A stretch of DNA of 64,000 nt from Alphaproteobacteria bacterium (GTDB lineage: Bacteria > Pseudomonadota > Alphaproteobacteria > SMXP01). Below the pieces are notes generated by a model that was not told the DNA's origin, did no database searches, and saw nothing but the letters and a program-made list of their open reading frames with translations. Within the stretch, counting starts at the first letter, position 1, and each line of letters begins with the position of its first letter. The stretch lies in assembly GCA_028285305.1 (NCBI GenBank), contig JANQPV010000004.1, positions 152,605 through 216,604 on the forward strand. The letters are read 5' to 3'. Both the position numbers and the translations under genes were made by a program. Below, piece after piece: positions 48,614 through 56,979 of this stretch.

Positions 48614-49536
48614 TTTGGCCACCGCATCCGTTGCGATAAGCCTGTGCTTGGAATGTCACACCGTGAGTCTCGGGCCATTGAGACACGCTTGTCCGGCGCT
48701 GAACCTTGCCTCTTCCGAAATCTGGGATAAGCCCAACTCCGACTCTTCCGTAACAATTCCCTCTAGTTCACTGAGGGTGAGAAGAGAATGGATTGAGATG
48801 AGCACCGAGTTTAAGAAGGGCCGCGGACGAATCGCAAGGTCACACGGGCACGCTTTCTTCTTGCGCAGAAAACACCAAACCCAGACCAATCGACGCCAAA
48901 AGCCATTCTCCGCATCCGACTTTGGCGATGGTGCTTACTCTTTTTGGAAATCAGAAGTCTTTTTGTTAACATTGTTTACAGCCGAATGGTGGTCGAATTG
49001 ACCCTCCAGTTTTCGGAATGATCAACGCCTTGGGCGAGAGCGAAAACCTGTTTATCTGAACAAAGCGATATAGAGAGCGAGACTACGAGTGTTTTGCTCA
49101 GCTCAGAACTCCGGTCTGAAGTTGGCTTGTAAAGCGTTCATACAGAGCAATTTGAATCGCGCCGTTGGTCATGACTTTGTTCAGCTTAACCGTGACCTGG
49201 CCCTACATTTGCGTCCAGACCTTATGTAACTCCGAGGTTTTGGCTTTGAAAAGCCTGCTTGAACGGTAGAGTCAGGGCCCAGTGTACCAGATACCTATGT
49301 GCACGGATTGTATTGCAGTGAATTCGTCAATCTTTAATCAGGACTGATAACTCCGAGAGGGAGCAAACGATTTCTCCGTTCGGTAGTTGACTCTCAGCCT
49401 ACTGTCGAAGCTTTCGCTGTAACCTCCTTGGGGAGATCGACTCGCGATCGATGTCCAATCCTCAGAAGTTCCGGGGTGATCCTGGTTCGATGAAGAGAGC
49501 CGTCAGACCCGCACATCTTAGACATCCTTGTTGGTC

Positions 49537-49718
49537 TGAAGTGCCCCCGAAATAGTGGTCCACAATAGCGTTAGTTTTCTGGTGCGTTTTTCCAAATGAA
49601 GGAGCAAGCCATGAAACGGAAACGATATTCAGTCGAACAGATTATCGGCGTATTGAAGCAAGCCGAGATGGGCATGCCGGTCTCAGACCTGATCCCGCAG
49701 CGGCCTCAAAAATACTGA
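49537..49718 (+). mobile_element. IS3-family insertion sequence remnant (left end plus truncated orfA)
   Basis: TGAAGTGCCCCCGAAATAGTGGTCCACA resembles an IS3-family terminal repeat (TG... start). It is followed by GGAG and ATG 49611 encoding MKRKRYSVEQIIGVLKQAEMGMPVSDLI, a typical IS3 OrfA N-terminus. Similarity is lost after about 28 codons and a stop falls at 49716. Confidence 0.65.
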
Positions 49719-49992
49719 CGAGTGCCGTTCGCATTGGTAATTGAGGTTATAAGCTCACAATTCCAACCCCTCCGCCTTTCCCAGAAAGTCGTAGTGCACC
49801 CTCGGGTGAGCTAAAACTGTGCTAATTGGCGAGTCTGCGGAGCCAAGAAGTCAAGGAGGTCAACCCCGTAGGCTCGACTGGGCTAGCTGTTACGACTTAC
49901 CAAGATTAATGAAAGCGCAACAGCCTCTCGCTCAGCTCGAGGCATCCTCGCCTCACTTCGATCCTCGATCGAAGGCCCGCCGGTGGCTCGGA

Positions 49993-50067
49993 TGGTGGGC
50001 GCGGGCAGGATTGAACTGCCGACCCCTACGATGTCAACGTAGTGCTCTCCCACTGAGCTACGCGCCC
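49993..50067 (-). tRNA. tRNA-Val (anticodon GAC)
   Basis: The reverse complement folds as a cloverleaf: acceptor GGGCGCG/CGCGCCC, D-stem GCTC/GAGC, anticodon stem CTACG/CGTAG with loop TTGACAT, T-stem GGCAG/CTGCC with loop TTCAATC, then discriminator A and an encoded CCA. Confidence 0.9.
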
Positions 50068-50160
50068 CGCGCGATGCATCGCGGAAGCGAGGGTCTCTAA
50101 CGGCAATTTCCGGGGCTTGCAAGCCTCGCAAGGGCGCGCGCCAAGGCGCGCCGCGATGGC

Positions 50161-50520
50161 TCAGGCGGCGATCACGCGATCGACCTCCTGCACGAGGTCT
50201 TTGAGGTGGAACGGCTTTGACAGCACCTTGGCGTCTTCCGGCGCCTGGTTGGCCGCGTTGAGGGCGACGGCGGCGAAGCCGGTGATGAACATGATCTTCA
50301 TTTCCGGATCGATTTCCGCGGCCCGGCGCGCCAGTTCGATGCCGTCCATGACGGGCATGACGATGTCGGTCAGGAGGAGATCAAACTCGCGCAACTGAAG
50401 CTCGGTCAGGGCCTCGTCCCCCTGGCCTGCGTCGATCACGGCGTGGCCTGCCCGTTCCAGCGCTTTTTTGAGAAAGCGCCGCATCGATTCATCGTCTTCC
50501 GCCAGCAAAATCGCCGCCAT
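50161..50520 (-). CDS. cpdR: Single-domain response regulator CpdR
   Basis: ILLAEDDESMRRFLKKALERAGH...DLLLTDIVMPVMDGIELARRA...IMFITGFAAVALN...KVLSKPFHLKDLVQEV closely matches Caulobacter-type CpdR as I remember it. ATG 50518-50520. Confidence 0.75.
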   Translation of the reverse strand: MAAILLAEDDESMRRFLKKALERAGHAVIDAGQGDEALTELQLREFDLLLTDIVMPVMDGIELARRAAEIDPEMKIMFITGFAAVALNAANQAPEDAKVLSKPFHLKDLVQEVDRVIAA

Positions 50521-50729
50521 AATACTCGCCTTTACGCTGCCGCCCGGTGTCGTCGTTAAGACAATAACCGTGTTCGGGATGTGGACGCCAACCGGCGGTC
50601 CTGACAAATTCGCGAGACCCCTTGCAATTGCCGCTCCAATTCAGCCTGATTGCGCCAAAGGTCTTAACGAACGCCCCAAAGCGGCGCTAACATGCCGCAA
50701 GTCGGCTCATTTTCAAGATCGGAACATTC

Positions 50730-51650
50730 ATGTCCCAGGCGGGCGATCAAAAAGGCGCCAGCGAAGGCGGAAAATGCGACCGGCGCGCGGCGGTGGAAGT
50801 GCTGGCGCCGGCGTCGCTGACATCGCCGGTTATCTTCGCCTCGCCCCATTCCGGGCGCGACTATCCGGCCTCGCTGCTGAAAAACGCCCGCCTCGACCGC
50901 CACGGCCTGCGCCAGTCCGAGGACAGCTATGTGGACCTCCTGTTCGAGACGGCGCCGCGCTATGGCGCGCCGCTCCTCCGGGCGCTGTTCCCCCGGGCCT
51001 ATGTGGACGTCAACCGGTCCCGGGCCGAGCTCGATCCGCGCATGTTCGCCGACGAGCTGCCGGCTGAGGCCGACACCCGCTCCAACCGCGTCATTGCCGG
51101 GCTCGGGGTTATTCCCCGCATCGTCGCCGACGGCCAGGACATCTATGCGCGCAAATTGCGTCTCGCCGACGCCGAACGCCGCCTCGCCTCCTGCTACGAT
51201 CCCTATCATACGGCGCTCGGACGGCTCATTGACGAGGCCGTCCGCGCCTTCGGCTGCGCCGTGGTCGTCGACTGCCATTCCATGCCGTCGGCGGGGGGCG
51301 CGCCGATGCGCCCTGGCGAGCGGCCCATCGATTTCGTCCTCGGCGACCGCTTCGGCGCGTCCTGCGCGCCCGCCGTGACCGAAGCGGCCGATGCGACCCT
51401 CGCGGGGCTAGGCTATGAGACGGCCCGGAACGCGCCCTATGCCGGCGGCTATGTGGCGGCCTCCTATGGCCGGCCCGCAAGCGGCGTTCACGTCCTGCAG
51501 ATCGAGATCAACCGGGCGCTTTACCTCGATGAAAAACGCATCACCCGGACCGAAACCTTCGAAGCCTTGCGCGCATCCATGATCGCCCTCATCAAACGCA
51601 TGACCGGCCTCGACCGCGACGCCTTGTGGATGACGCAGGCCGCAGAATAA
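50730..51650 (+). CDS. N-formylglutamate amidohydrolase family protein
   Basis: VIFASPHSGRDYP, SEDSYVD, VVVDCHSMPS are FGase-family patterns. Confidence 0.75.
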   Translation: MSQAGDQKGASEGGKCDRRAAVEVLAPASLTSPVIFASPHSGRDYPASLLKNARLDRHGLRQSEDSYVDLLFETAPRYGAPLLRALFPRAYVDVNRSRAELDPRMFADELPAEADTRSNRVIAGLGVIPRIVADGQDIYARKLRLADAERRLASCYDPYHTALGRLIDEAVRAFGCAVVVDCHSMPSAGGAPMRPGERPIDFVLGDRFGASCAPAVTEAADATLAGLGYETARNAPYAGGYVAASYGRPASGVHVLQIEINRALYLDEKRITRTETFEALRASMIALIKRMTGLDRDALWMTQAAE

Positions 51651-51668
51651 AAACGCCTGTTGCGGCGC

Positions 51669-51700
51669 AAAAAAAAGACCGCAGACATTTAAGTCTGCGG
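51669..51700 (-). terminator. Orphan minus-strand rho-independent terminator
   Basis: Stem CCGCAGAC / GTCTGCGG (51679-51686 / 51693-51700) with a 6-nt loop. On the minus strand it is followed by T8 (A-run 51669-51676 on plus). There is no annotated minus-strand gene upstream of it. Confidence 0.6.
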
Positions 51701-51899
51701 CCAAGTCATAGGGAGGAAACGCCCGTAGAGGGCGGCAACGGCAGGACCGTTGCAGAAAAACAATAGAAAAAGTTTTATTGCGACGCAATATATTTTTTGC
51801 AATGCAACAAAATAGTGACAATTACAGCCGGTTTATATTACGCCGCCCGTCGCGACATAAAATTACAGAAAACCCGCGCGTAAACAGGTAAATACCCTC

Positions 51900-53078
51900 A
51901 TGAGCGAAATTACCGACGACCCGGCGCCGCCGCGCAAGAAGGGGCCCCTGCGACGACTTGGCTCGGGCGTCGGACGCCTGACGCGGGCGAAAGCCCGGTT
52001 CGACATGCCGAACTCCGAAGGCGGGTTGAAGATCGTCATCGCCACCGACGCCTGGAAACCACAACTGAACGGCGTCGTCCGAACCCTCGACACGCTGGGA
52101 CAGATCCTGACCGGTCTCGGCAATGAGGTGGTGTACATCACGCCCAATGACTTCAAGTCGGTGCCCCTGCCGTCCTATCCGGAAATCCGGCTTTCCCTGA
52201 TGCCGAACCGCAAGGTCGCCAAGATCATTAACGACTTTCAGCCCGACGCCATCCACATCGCCACGGAAGGCCCGATCGGGCGGGCCGCGCGCCGCTTTTG
52301 CAAGCGTCGCGGCTATCCGTTCACTACGAGCTTTCACACCCGCTTCGCCGAATACGCCAATGAACGCTGGAAGGCGCCGGTTTCCTGGGGCTACGCGGTG
52401 CTCAAGGATTTTCACAAGGACGGCGAAACCATGATGGTGGCGACGCCCGGCCTCATTGAAGAACTGACCGAACGCGGCTTTTCAAAAATGAAACTGTGGA
52501 CCCGCGGCGTCGATCTCAAACAGTTTCAGCCCGGCGACCGATCGTTTCTCGATCAATACCCCCGCCCGATATTTCTCTATGTGGGCCGGCTCGCGGTTGA
52601 AAAGAGCATTGAGGATTTCATTGAGCTCGACCTGCCCGGCACCAAGCTGATTGTCGGCGAAGGCCCGCAGCGCGAAGAACTCGAAGAGAAATACAAAGAG
52701 GCGGTTTTCGTCGGGCCCAAATATAATGAGGAGCTGACGAAATATTATCAGGGTTCGGATGTTTTCGTCTTCCCGTCGCGCACCGACACCTTCGGACTGG
52801 TGAATGTGGAGGCGCTCGCCTGCGGCGTGCCGGTCGCGGCCTATCCGGTGCGCGGGCCGCTGGAAATCCTCGACGGCGCGCCCGAGGGTTGCGGGGCCAT
52901 GAGCGAGGATTTGCGCGCGGCCTGCATGGCGGCGTGGGAAAAGCGCGATCCGGAGGCGTGCCGCGAATGGGCCCAGCGCTTTTCCTGGGAGGCGGCGACG
53001 CGGCAATTCATCGCCAATCTCGAAACGCCGGGCTTTGACGAGGAGTTCTGGCTGCGATCGGCCAAGATGATCGACTGA
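51900..53078 (+). CDS. Glycosyltransferase, GT4/GT-B type
   Basis: N-terminal IATDAWKPQLNGVVRTL, and a C-terminal E-x7-E-like region (FVFPSRTDTFGLVNVEALACGVPV). Confidence 0.8.
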   Translation: MSEITDDPAPPRKKGPLRRLGSGVGRLTRAKARFDMPNSEGGLKIVIATDAWKPQLNGVVRTLDTLGQILTGLGNEVVYITPNDFKSVPLPSYPEIRLSLMPNRKVAKIINDFQPDAIHIATEGPIGRAARRFCKRRGYPFTTSFHTRFAEYANERWKAPVSWGYAVLKDFHKDGETMMVATPGLIEELTERGFSKMKLWTRGVDLKQFQPGDRSFLDQYPRPIFLYVGRLAVEKSIEDFIELDLPGTKLIVGEGPQREELEEKYKEAVFVGPKYNEELTKYYQGSDVFVFPSRTDTFGLVNVEALACGVPVAAYPVRGPLEILDGAPEGCGAMSEDLRAACMAAWEKRDPEACREWAQRFSWEAATRQFIANLETPGFDEEFWLRSAKMID

Positions 53079-53251
53079 TCGGACCCGGCCCCGCGCCTGA
53101 TCGGATTTTCGATAACCCCGCGTTAACCCTTAGAATACGCCATTTTCGGGCCCCCAGCCTCTTGATCGAACGGGCGAGAGGCCCAATATTCGCCGCCATG
53201 AGCGCCGACCCCCAGGGGCCGGCCATACGCTATTGAAAGGGTTTGAAGTCC

Positions 53252-54004
53252 ATGAACGAACCGCGCACGCAATTTGGCCGCTCCGCGACCACAACCGCGA
53301 CAGGCGCCGCCGTCGATCAGGGCCTCCGGCAATATATGCTGGGCGTTTACAATTATCTTGCGCTAGGTTTGGCCGTCAGCGGGATATTAGCCTTTACTGT
53401 GGCAAGCGTACCTGCCGTTCGCGACGCGCTTTTTGTTTATAGTGCGCAGGCGGGTGGATATGTGCCGACGGGGCTGGGGTCGATCGTCACCTGGTCCCCG
53501 GTTGTCATTCTATTGATAAACTACTTTGTTCCGATCGGCCGGACGCCACAGGGCGCACAAGTTTTTTACTGGACGATTGTCACATTGATTGGCGCATCGC
53601 TAGGCTCGATTGGTCTAAACTTCACCGGCGAAAGCATTGCACGTGTCTTCTTTATCACAGCGACAGCCTTTGGCGGATTGAGCCTGTGGGGGTATACGAC
53701 CAAGGTAGACATGACGCCACTTGGCACTTTTTTGCGCTTTGCAGTAATTGGTGTTTTTGCAGTCATGGCTATCAACGGATTTCTGTTCCAGGCCTCCGGC
53801 TTGCAAATGGTCTTGTCGCTGGTGTTCCTACTGCTGATGGGAGCAGCCATCGCCTTTAACACACAGGCGTTGAAATCCACCTACTTATCAACGAGTAATG
53901 AAGGCGTACTGAAGGTCGCAGCCGTACACGGCGCTTTGTCGCTCTACATCGCGATCATCAACATCTTCACAATTTTGATGAACCTGTTTGGCGCCCGCGA
54001 ATAG
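53252..54004 (+). CDS. Bax-inhibitor-1/YccA family membrane protein
   Basis: DQGLRQYMLGVYNYLALGLAVSG and seven hydrophobic helices. ATG 53252. Confidence 0.85.
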   Translation: MNEPRTQFGRSATTTATGAAVDQGLRQYMLGVYNYLALGLAVSGILAFTVASVPAVRDALFVYSAQAGGYVPTGLGSIVTWSPVVILLINYFVPIGRTPQGAQVFYWTIVTLIGASLGSIGLNFTGESIARVFFITATAFGGLSLWGYTTKVDMTPLGTFLRFAVIGVFAVMAINGFLFQASGLQMVLSLVFLLLMGAAIAFNTQALKSTYLSTSNEGVLKVAAVHGALSLYIAIINIFTILMNLFGARE

Positions 54005-54030
54005 CGCCGCCGTCAACCCGATATGGAGAG

Positions 54031-54063
54031 CCCCCGCCCTTGAAACGGCGGGGGTTTTCTTTT
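54031..54063 (+). terminator. Rho-independent terminator after the BI-1 gene
   Basis: CCCCCGCC-CTTGAAAC-GGCGGGGG followed by TTTTCTTTT. Confidence 0.75.
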
Positions 54064-54147
54064 GTCCCCGCCTTCCGTTGCAAATGTGATCATGGGTCAC
54101 GGCCTCGCGAATTGCGCATTGCCGCCGGTCTCCATAAGGTCCGCCGG

Positions 54148-55389
54148 ATGTCTCATGCGAGCGATCAATACGGCCTGCCCATCGCCGGCGCCGACGCGGC
54201 CGCGGCGGCGGGCTATAACGCCTATGTCGATGAGTTTCTGAGCTACGGCGCGGACCTTCGCGCGCTTTTCGACGTCGCCGACAAGACCCCGGGCGCGCCC
54301 CTGATCAACGCCCATGCGGCAGCGTTGCATCTCGCCTTTGAAGGGGCCGAAGGCTGGGCCGCGGCGCGAGCCTATCTCGACCGCATGGAGCGTCATATTG
54401 GCGATGCGACGGCGCGCGAGCGCCTCTTCTGCGACGCGGTCCGCGCCTGGGCGGCGCGCGATTTCGATGCCGCGCGCGCGGCTCTCGACGAACTCACCGT
54501 GCGCTGGCCGGGCGATCTCTGCGCCATCAAATGGGGGCAGTATCACGCCTTTAATCTCGGCGACGCGGGCGCCCTGTTGCGCTTCGGCGAACGCGCGCGC
54601 ATCGCCCATGAAAACCGTCCCTACGCCCACGGCATGATCGCCTTTGCGCTGGAACAGAACCATCGCCTCGACGAAGCGGAAGAAGAAGGCCTGCGCGCGA
54701 GCGAGATCGCCATTGACGACGCCTGGGCCCATCACGCCGTCGCCCATGTCATGGAGACCGCGGGCCGCGCCCGCGACGGCGCCCAGTGGCTCGATCATTG
54801 CGCCCATACCTGGGACCGCAAGGGCGTCTTCATTCGCGACCATAATTGGTGGCATGCGGCGCTCTTTCGCCTGGCGCTCGGCCTGAACGCCGAAGCGATT
54901 TCCATTTTTGACCGGCGGCTCTGGGGCGCGTGGCCGGAATTTCCGCAGGAACAGATCGGCGCGATTTCAATGCTGTGGCGGCTTGAACTGCGCGGCGCCG
55001 ATGTGGGCGCGCGCTGGGCGCCCATCGTCGAACAGGTCCGTATGCGGATGGACGATCACCTCCTGCCGTTTCACGACCTGCATTATCTTTACGCCCTCGC
55101 CCGGGCCGGAACCGGCGCCGAGGCCGACGCCTTTCTCGCCGGGATGCGCCGGCGCGCGGAAACAACGGAAGATACGACCGCCGCGGTCTGGGCCGATGTC
55201 GCCGCGCCCGCCGGGGAAGCGATCGTCTCCTTCCTGCGCGACGACCGCGACGCCGCGGCGAAAACTCTGCGCGCGATCGCGCCGTCGCTGCACCGCATCG
55301 GCGGCAGCCACGCACAGCGCCATGTTTTTGAAGAAACGATTGAGGCCTGCGGCGCCCCGTCCGGACTGGCGTCAGGTCGCGAGCTTTAG
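54148..55389 (+). CDS. Tetratricopeptide-repeat (TTC38-like) protein
   Basis: All-helical, Ala/Arg/Trp-rich repeats. ATG 54148 chosen because the ORF-track start (54040) lies inside the upstream terminator. The family call is tentative. Confidence 0.5.
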   Translation: MSHASDQYGLPIAGADAAAAAGYNAYVDEFLSYGADLRALFDVADKTPGAPLINAHAAALHLAFEGAEGWAAARAYLDRMERHIGDATARERLFCDAVRAWAARDFDAARAALDELTVRWPGDLCAIKWGQYHAFNLGDAGALLRFGERARIAHENRPYAHGMIAFALEQNHRLDEAEEEGLRASEIAIDDAWAHHAVAHVMETAGRARDGAQWLDHCAHTWDRKGVFIRDHNWWHAALFRLALGLNAEAISIFDRRLWGAWPEFPQEQIGAISMLWRLELRGADVGARWAPIVEQVRMRMDDHLLPFHDLHYLYALARAGTGAEADAFLAGMRRRAETTEDTTAAVWADVAAPAGEAIVSFLRDDRDAAAKTLRAIAPSLHRIGGSHAQRHVFEETIEACGAPSGLASGREL

Positions 55390-55776
55390 TTTCTGCCGGT
55401 CGAACAGCTTTAACACCTGGCTCAGATGATGGCCGCGTTTGAGGATGGCGCCGGTCATCGACACGATCATCCACTGGCCCTGACGGCGCGCCAGCGCCGG
55501 GCGCTTTTCGATCCGGTAGAGCGGCGTTTCGGACGCCTTGCGAAAGACCGAAAACACGGCCCGTTCCGACAGGCAGTCAATGGCGTAATCGCGCCACTCC
55601 CCGGCGGCGACGAAATGGCCGTAAACCCCCAGTATGCGGGTCAGTTCTGATCTCGTGAAGGCGACTTGCTCCGGCGCGCGCCCTCTCTTCGAGACGGGGC
55701 GCGCCTGACGCTGCGGTTCAATGCACTCGGGCGAACTCATCAGCGCCAGCATCGCCCGGGATTTCCCCAAGGGCAA
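55372..55776 (-). CDS. DUF2794-like small protein
   Basis: VAFTRSELTRILGVYGHFVAAGEWRDYAID...PLYRIEKRP matches my memory of DUF2794. Start uncertain. Confidence 0.55.
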   Translation of the reverse strand: MPLGKSRAMLALMSSPECIEPQRQARPVSKRGRAPEQVAFTRSELTRILGVYGHFVAAGEWRDYAIDCLSERAVFSVFRKASETPLYRIEKRPALARRQGQWMIVSMTGAILKRGHHLSQVLKLFDRQKLKLAT

Positions 55777-56058
55777 GGCCGCGACGGCGGTTTTCGGCCG
55801 CGAAAACCCTCATAACGTCCACGAAATGGCCATATTTGGTCCCTTCACCCGCCCCAATCGCCCGCCATCTTGGGGGCGTCGGACAGACGCCGGCGGCGGA
55901 AATTCCGGTTTTTAACCATCGCCCCCCAGCCCCCGGGAAATCCAAGGTTCATGGCGTCTGTCCGGCGCCTATTCCCGCAAAATTGACCCGCCTTGACCCC
56001 CAACTTGACCGGGCCGCGCGAACCCCGCGACAGACGGGGCGCCGTTTCCGGGGTCCCC

Positions 56059-56979
56059 ATGTCCGCCGTCCTCTCCGTTGCTCTACCCGTTTTTGCGATC
56101 ATCGCAGCCGGCTTCGCCGCGGCGCGCCTTTCCGCGCTCGAGCCTGACGACGTTCAGGCCCTCAACCGGTTTGTGTTTCGCCTCGCCATGCCGGTGGCGC
56201 TGTTCGGCCTCGCCGCCCGCGCCGACCCGCCGGGCCTCGCCGATCTCCGCATCGCCGGCGCCTACGCCGGCGCCGCCCTCGCCACGATGCTCGGCGGATA
56301 TTTCACCTCAAGGGCGCTGTTTCACCTCAAGGGCGCCGAAGCCGGCGCCCACGGGGTTTCGTCAACCCTCGGCAATGCGGTGTTCGTCGGCCTGCCCATC
56401 GCCATGCATATCGACGGCTGGACACGGCCCTTTATCGTCCTGATGCTGATCGAAAGCGCGGTCTTTATCGCCCTCGGGACCGCGCTGACGGCGCCGAGGG
56501 AAAAGAGCGCGAGCGTTCTTGCAAACCTCGCCGGCGCATTGCGCAACCCCCTCGTTGTCGGCATGGCGGCCGGGTTTGTTTATTCCGCGCTTGGCTTGCC
56601 GCTCACGGGACCGTTTGAAACCTTCTTCGATTATCTCGGGCGGGCCGCGGGGCCGGCGGCGCTTGTCTCGCTCGGCCTTTTTCTGGCGACGCACCCGTTC
56701 CCGGCCGCGGGCCAGGTCGCGGGGCGCGTGGCGCTGATCGCCGCAGCGAAGATGGCGCTCCTGCCGGCGCTCGCTATCGGGCTCGCCATGGCGCTGGGCG
56801 TCAGCGATCCGACCTATATGGGCGCGCTGGCGCTCTTTACCGTCGTGCCGACGGCGGTCCTCGCCTTCGTCATGGCGAACCAGTACGACGTTTACAAAAC
56901 AGAAGCCGCGGCGGGGGTGCTGACAACGACGCTGCTCTCCGTGCTGACGATTTCGGCGGTTCTGTTTTACTTTGCGTGA
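56059..56979 (+). CDS. AEC (auxin efflux carrier) family transporter
   Basis: MSAVLSVALPVFAIIAAGF... with about 10 helices in two halves. ATG 56059. Confidence 0.8.
   Translation: MSAVLSVALPVFAIIAAGFAAARLSALEPDDVQALNRFVFRLAMPVALFGLAARADPPGLADLRIAGAYAGAALATMLGGYFTSRALFHLKGAEAGAHGVSSTLGNAVFVGLPIAMHIDGWTRPFIVLMLIESAVFIALGTALTAPREKSASVLANLAGALRNPLVVGMAAGFVYSALGLPLTGPFETFFDYLGRAAGPAALVSLGLFLATHPFPAAGQVAGRVALIAAAKMALLPALAIGLAMALGVSDPTYMGALALFTVVPTAVLAFVMANQYDVYKTEAAAGVLTTTLLSVLTISAVLFYFA

Noticed and set aside
48480-49001. 173-aa plus-strand ORF upstream of the TonB-dependent receptor
   Set aside because: It spans the receptor promoter region, has no RBS or motif, and has mixed composition. It is probably non-coding decayed DNA.
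50070-50083. 14-bp palindrome CGCGATGCATCGCG immediately upstream of tRNA-Val
   Set aside because: GC-rich short palindromes are frequent in this composition. It is a single copy with no supporting context. It could be part of the tRNA promoter region, but that cannot be supported.
51822-52415. 197-aa minus-strand ORF that could have explained the minus-strand terminator at 51669-51700
   Set aside because: It overlaps the well-supported glycosyltransferase gene on the opposite strand, has junk-like composition, and has no RBS. The terminator is therefore treated as orphan.
54097-55474. Several 170-250-aa ORFs on both strands across the TPR gene
   Set aside because: These are Arg/Pro/Ala-rich frames in about 70% GC DNA. 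Only the 54148-55389 frame has a helical-repeat composition.
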